Below, one piece after another: positions 37,141 to 64,000 of a DNA stretch of 64,000 nucleotides; position 1 is the stretch's first letter, and every line of letters starts with the position of its first letter. The notes under the pieces are model-generated. The model was not told the origin of the DNA, ran no database searches, and worked only from the letters and a program-made list of their open reading frames with translations. The translations under genes were made by a program, and so were the position numbers. This stretch comes from Acanthaster planci. Its lineage: Eukaryota. The stretch is from the NCBI RefSeq assembly GCF_001949145.1, contig NW_019091358.1:2536535-2600534 (forward strand). The letters are read 5' to 3'.

Positions 37141-39399
37141 GCCTGGTTGGCTTGGATCTTGCCGGGTGTGATCTGTCACGCTTTTTTTTTCAGCGTAAGA
37201 AATACAGACTCATTGGCTACCAAAGTGGACAGATAAACAGTGACCGTCGTTTTCACAAAGAGACAAATTTCGCTATCAACGCAGACTAAACGTTAAAGTT
37301 GAGTTTTAAGTTGGTTGATATTTAATACGGAGAATTTGTAGAGATTACTACTGAGTCGATTGAGTACATTTTGCGAAATCAAATTATCATAATATGCTAG
37401 AAATTATACTATCTTATGCTTAATTTAATTAAATAAACATAACAAAAAAATCATCCCTTCAATATGGGAGGCATGAGGGACGAGAATCACGGTTCATAGA
37501 ACACCGCTTACTCCCATTAGCCCCTCTGCCGGTGATCACACTTTGTGTTCTTTAACGTAGGAATTCAGTTTCAGCAACGGGTTTTAGCTGTCCGTCACAA
37601 TGTCCTGATAATGTATGGCTTGCCAGTCGTCGTATGCGTATCACATGAGCGGTGGTGAATCAGCACTATTTCCTGAAAAGGACGATTCTACAATATCCCA
37701 AATTTTGTGAGTTCGATATATCCAATAAATAAATTGGAAAATGGATCATACATGGGCAGTACTTCAAGCTTTAAGCTCATAGGCGTTCAGTGTTGGGGGA
37801 ACAGCAGAGGTGACGACGGGGAAATCAGTTAAGAGCCTGTTCGTTGAGATACCGCCCTCTCGCGGCGGCTGCTTATAGCATACATTTACAGCAACGTCTT
37901 GACCCAAGACTATGAAGATGATGTTTAGCAGGGAGGAAGGTGACCTCGGGGAACCCCAAATAGCCCTCTCTTTTTTTTTCTCAAAAACAGGATGGATCAG
38001 GGTTAATGAACGTGAAAAAAGAGAGTCTGGATATCCCGCATTAATTCACCGTCTAAATTTCAAACCTGTCGGTACAGGCCTATATGCCGCCATTGGCAAG
38101 GAAAGCGTTATCACGAAGAGCACATTACAATTACAGGTACGTCTAGAATTAATTAAGGGCGGGGACTTTTTGTCTCAGCACATTTCCGGCCTCGTGGGAC
38201 AAAGAAGTGTGGTACAAGTCTGCACTTTGGTTTTGATTTGTTTAAGAGATCACCGCCTCATATTGCCTTAGAAAATGCAGCATAAAGTGAGGGCCGGTAC
38301 TGCAGGGACCATAATGCAGGGAAAGGATATTGGAAATTGAGAAATTGAAAACTTTGCGTAATTTTGTTGGTTCGCTAATAGAAATGCTTTAACACGGGAA
38401 AAGTATCGGCTTTATGATAAAAATATGGCCTTGGTACAACCAACAGAGTGGTAATTTATGTTCTCACTAATTATCACTAATCACGTCTCTTTTGGCGTTA
38501 TATTTCAAATTAGTGGTTATCTTGATCAATTTTGGATGAAAGAATAAAGTGTAGTGAAAATGTTTCAGCAATTAGGAAGAAAAAATTGAATTGACCACCG
38601 CTTATGTAACGCGCGCCTGGCAGAAGTTTCATCCACAATGCCCTCAGCCATCAGCCTTTCCCCGGCAGCGCTCTGTTCCGGGCGCTGGGTGGTTACCGAA
38701 CACCTACACCAGCACACCTGCTAATCTCACGTCTGTTTCGTCTAGGATCTTGTCATTAGTCTCATACATAAAGAAAGAGAATACTGTCTCTTCCTTTGCC
38801 CACAGTCGCCCGAAAATGAAAAATGTTTTGAACTTGAAAGGGATGTCCGTAAACACTCGTATTCGAAGATGGAGTGAAAGCAGTTCTCTGTACAAATTAA
38901 AATGATTGGAGTTGATCCAGTGTCTTGAGCCTACGACACTCCGTCCACCAGCGGAACCGAGGGCGCGGTCAAAGTACGGGAGCCACCCCCCGCCGGGCAA
39001 TTTTGACAGTGTTTTTAAATATGATGAAATAAAAGGAAGTTTTTAAGGGGTATTTCATTTTCCCTTTCCAGTGCGTGTGAAACATCCCAAAATTTAATCA
39101 GCTTTACCTTTCAGACTACAAATGATGCATTAAGAAATTCCCTATTTTTGTCGTCCAAAAATGATTCTCCTTCCCCTCAACAATTAATTGTGAATCTCTT
39201 TGTAAGCAGGCTTGACATCCGTTGCGAGTTAATTTAACCCATTGGTCTCCATTCTAAAGTCTTTATAATGGAGGTCACTTATTTTTAAAGGTCTATGCTT
39301 TAACAGCTATTAAAATGGTCTGTGATTGGCATGATCGAAAAAGCAGAAAATTACTGCATGTCACGACAAACCATGACTACATTTTACCATGGAGAATTT

Positions 39400-39560
39400 T
39401 TTCCTAATGACGTCAGAACACGTCAGGCACCCAGACGCCACCAACGCCAAAAAAGCGTGCACACACTGTGCACGAAATGCCCCGTGATATCGCGAGTTTG
39501 AGGTCAACTCCCAAAGTGTGGCTAACTGCGCTGGTAAACTATATGCAAAATGTGAACGAT
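39400..39560 (+). promoter_or_regulatory. Probable NEDD4 proximal promoter (CpG-rich)
   Basis: CpG-dense stretch with a CRE TGACGTCA at 39408-39415, immediately upstream of the first coding exon. Confidence 0.45.
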
Positions 39561-39698
39561 TCGCGGGGAACCAGTTCCTGTAACCGGTTGTTTGTGCATA
39601 TTGTGTGCTGTTACAAATTAGATGGTCGAGATTGGTTGATATTGACGGCATTTCGACTGATTTTTGCAGCTGATCCCGTGAAACAACAAGAGCAGTTT

Positions 39699-63971
<24,273 letters not shown>

Positions 63972-64000
63972 GTAAGTGCGCTCTAACGTACGCTGGGCTA

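Overview
Eukaryotic genomic DNA with spliceosomal GT-AG introns and three N gaps. The gene set and repeat types suggest a marine invertebrate deuterostome, possibly an echinoderm (inference only). From left to right: (1) the first four coding exons of an aquaglyceroporin on the minus strand, continuing off the left edge; (2) a decayed Ty3/Gypsy gag-pol remnant; (3) an intronless 656-aa disordered ORF of unknown family carrying candidate PP1 (RVxF) and calcineurin (PxIxIT) docking motifs; (4) a 76-bp minisatellite; (5) a NACHT-LRR (NLR) immune-receptor gene on the minus strand with about 40 LRRs in one 5.2-kb exon, broken by several frameshifts and a stop, so probably a pseudogene; (6) a CpG-rich, possibly bidirectional promoter and an RTE-like LINE fragment; (7) 13 exons of a NEDD4/NEDD4L E3 ligase (C2 plus three WW domains), continuing off the right edge. 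Many non-autonomous DNA transposons (hAT-, piggyBac- and Tc1/mariner-like) and two tRNA-derived SINEs are present. The NEDD4 introns are densely peppered with TA-flanked micro-palindromes that resemble transposon excision footprints. I found no CRISPR array, rRNA or true tRNA gene, and no new multi-gene system is demonstrated. The best leads are the giant-LRR NLR, the orphan 656-aa protein and the footprint-like motifs.
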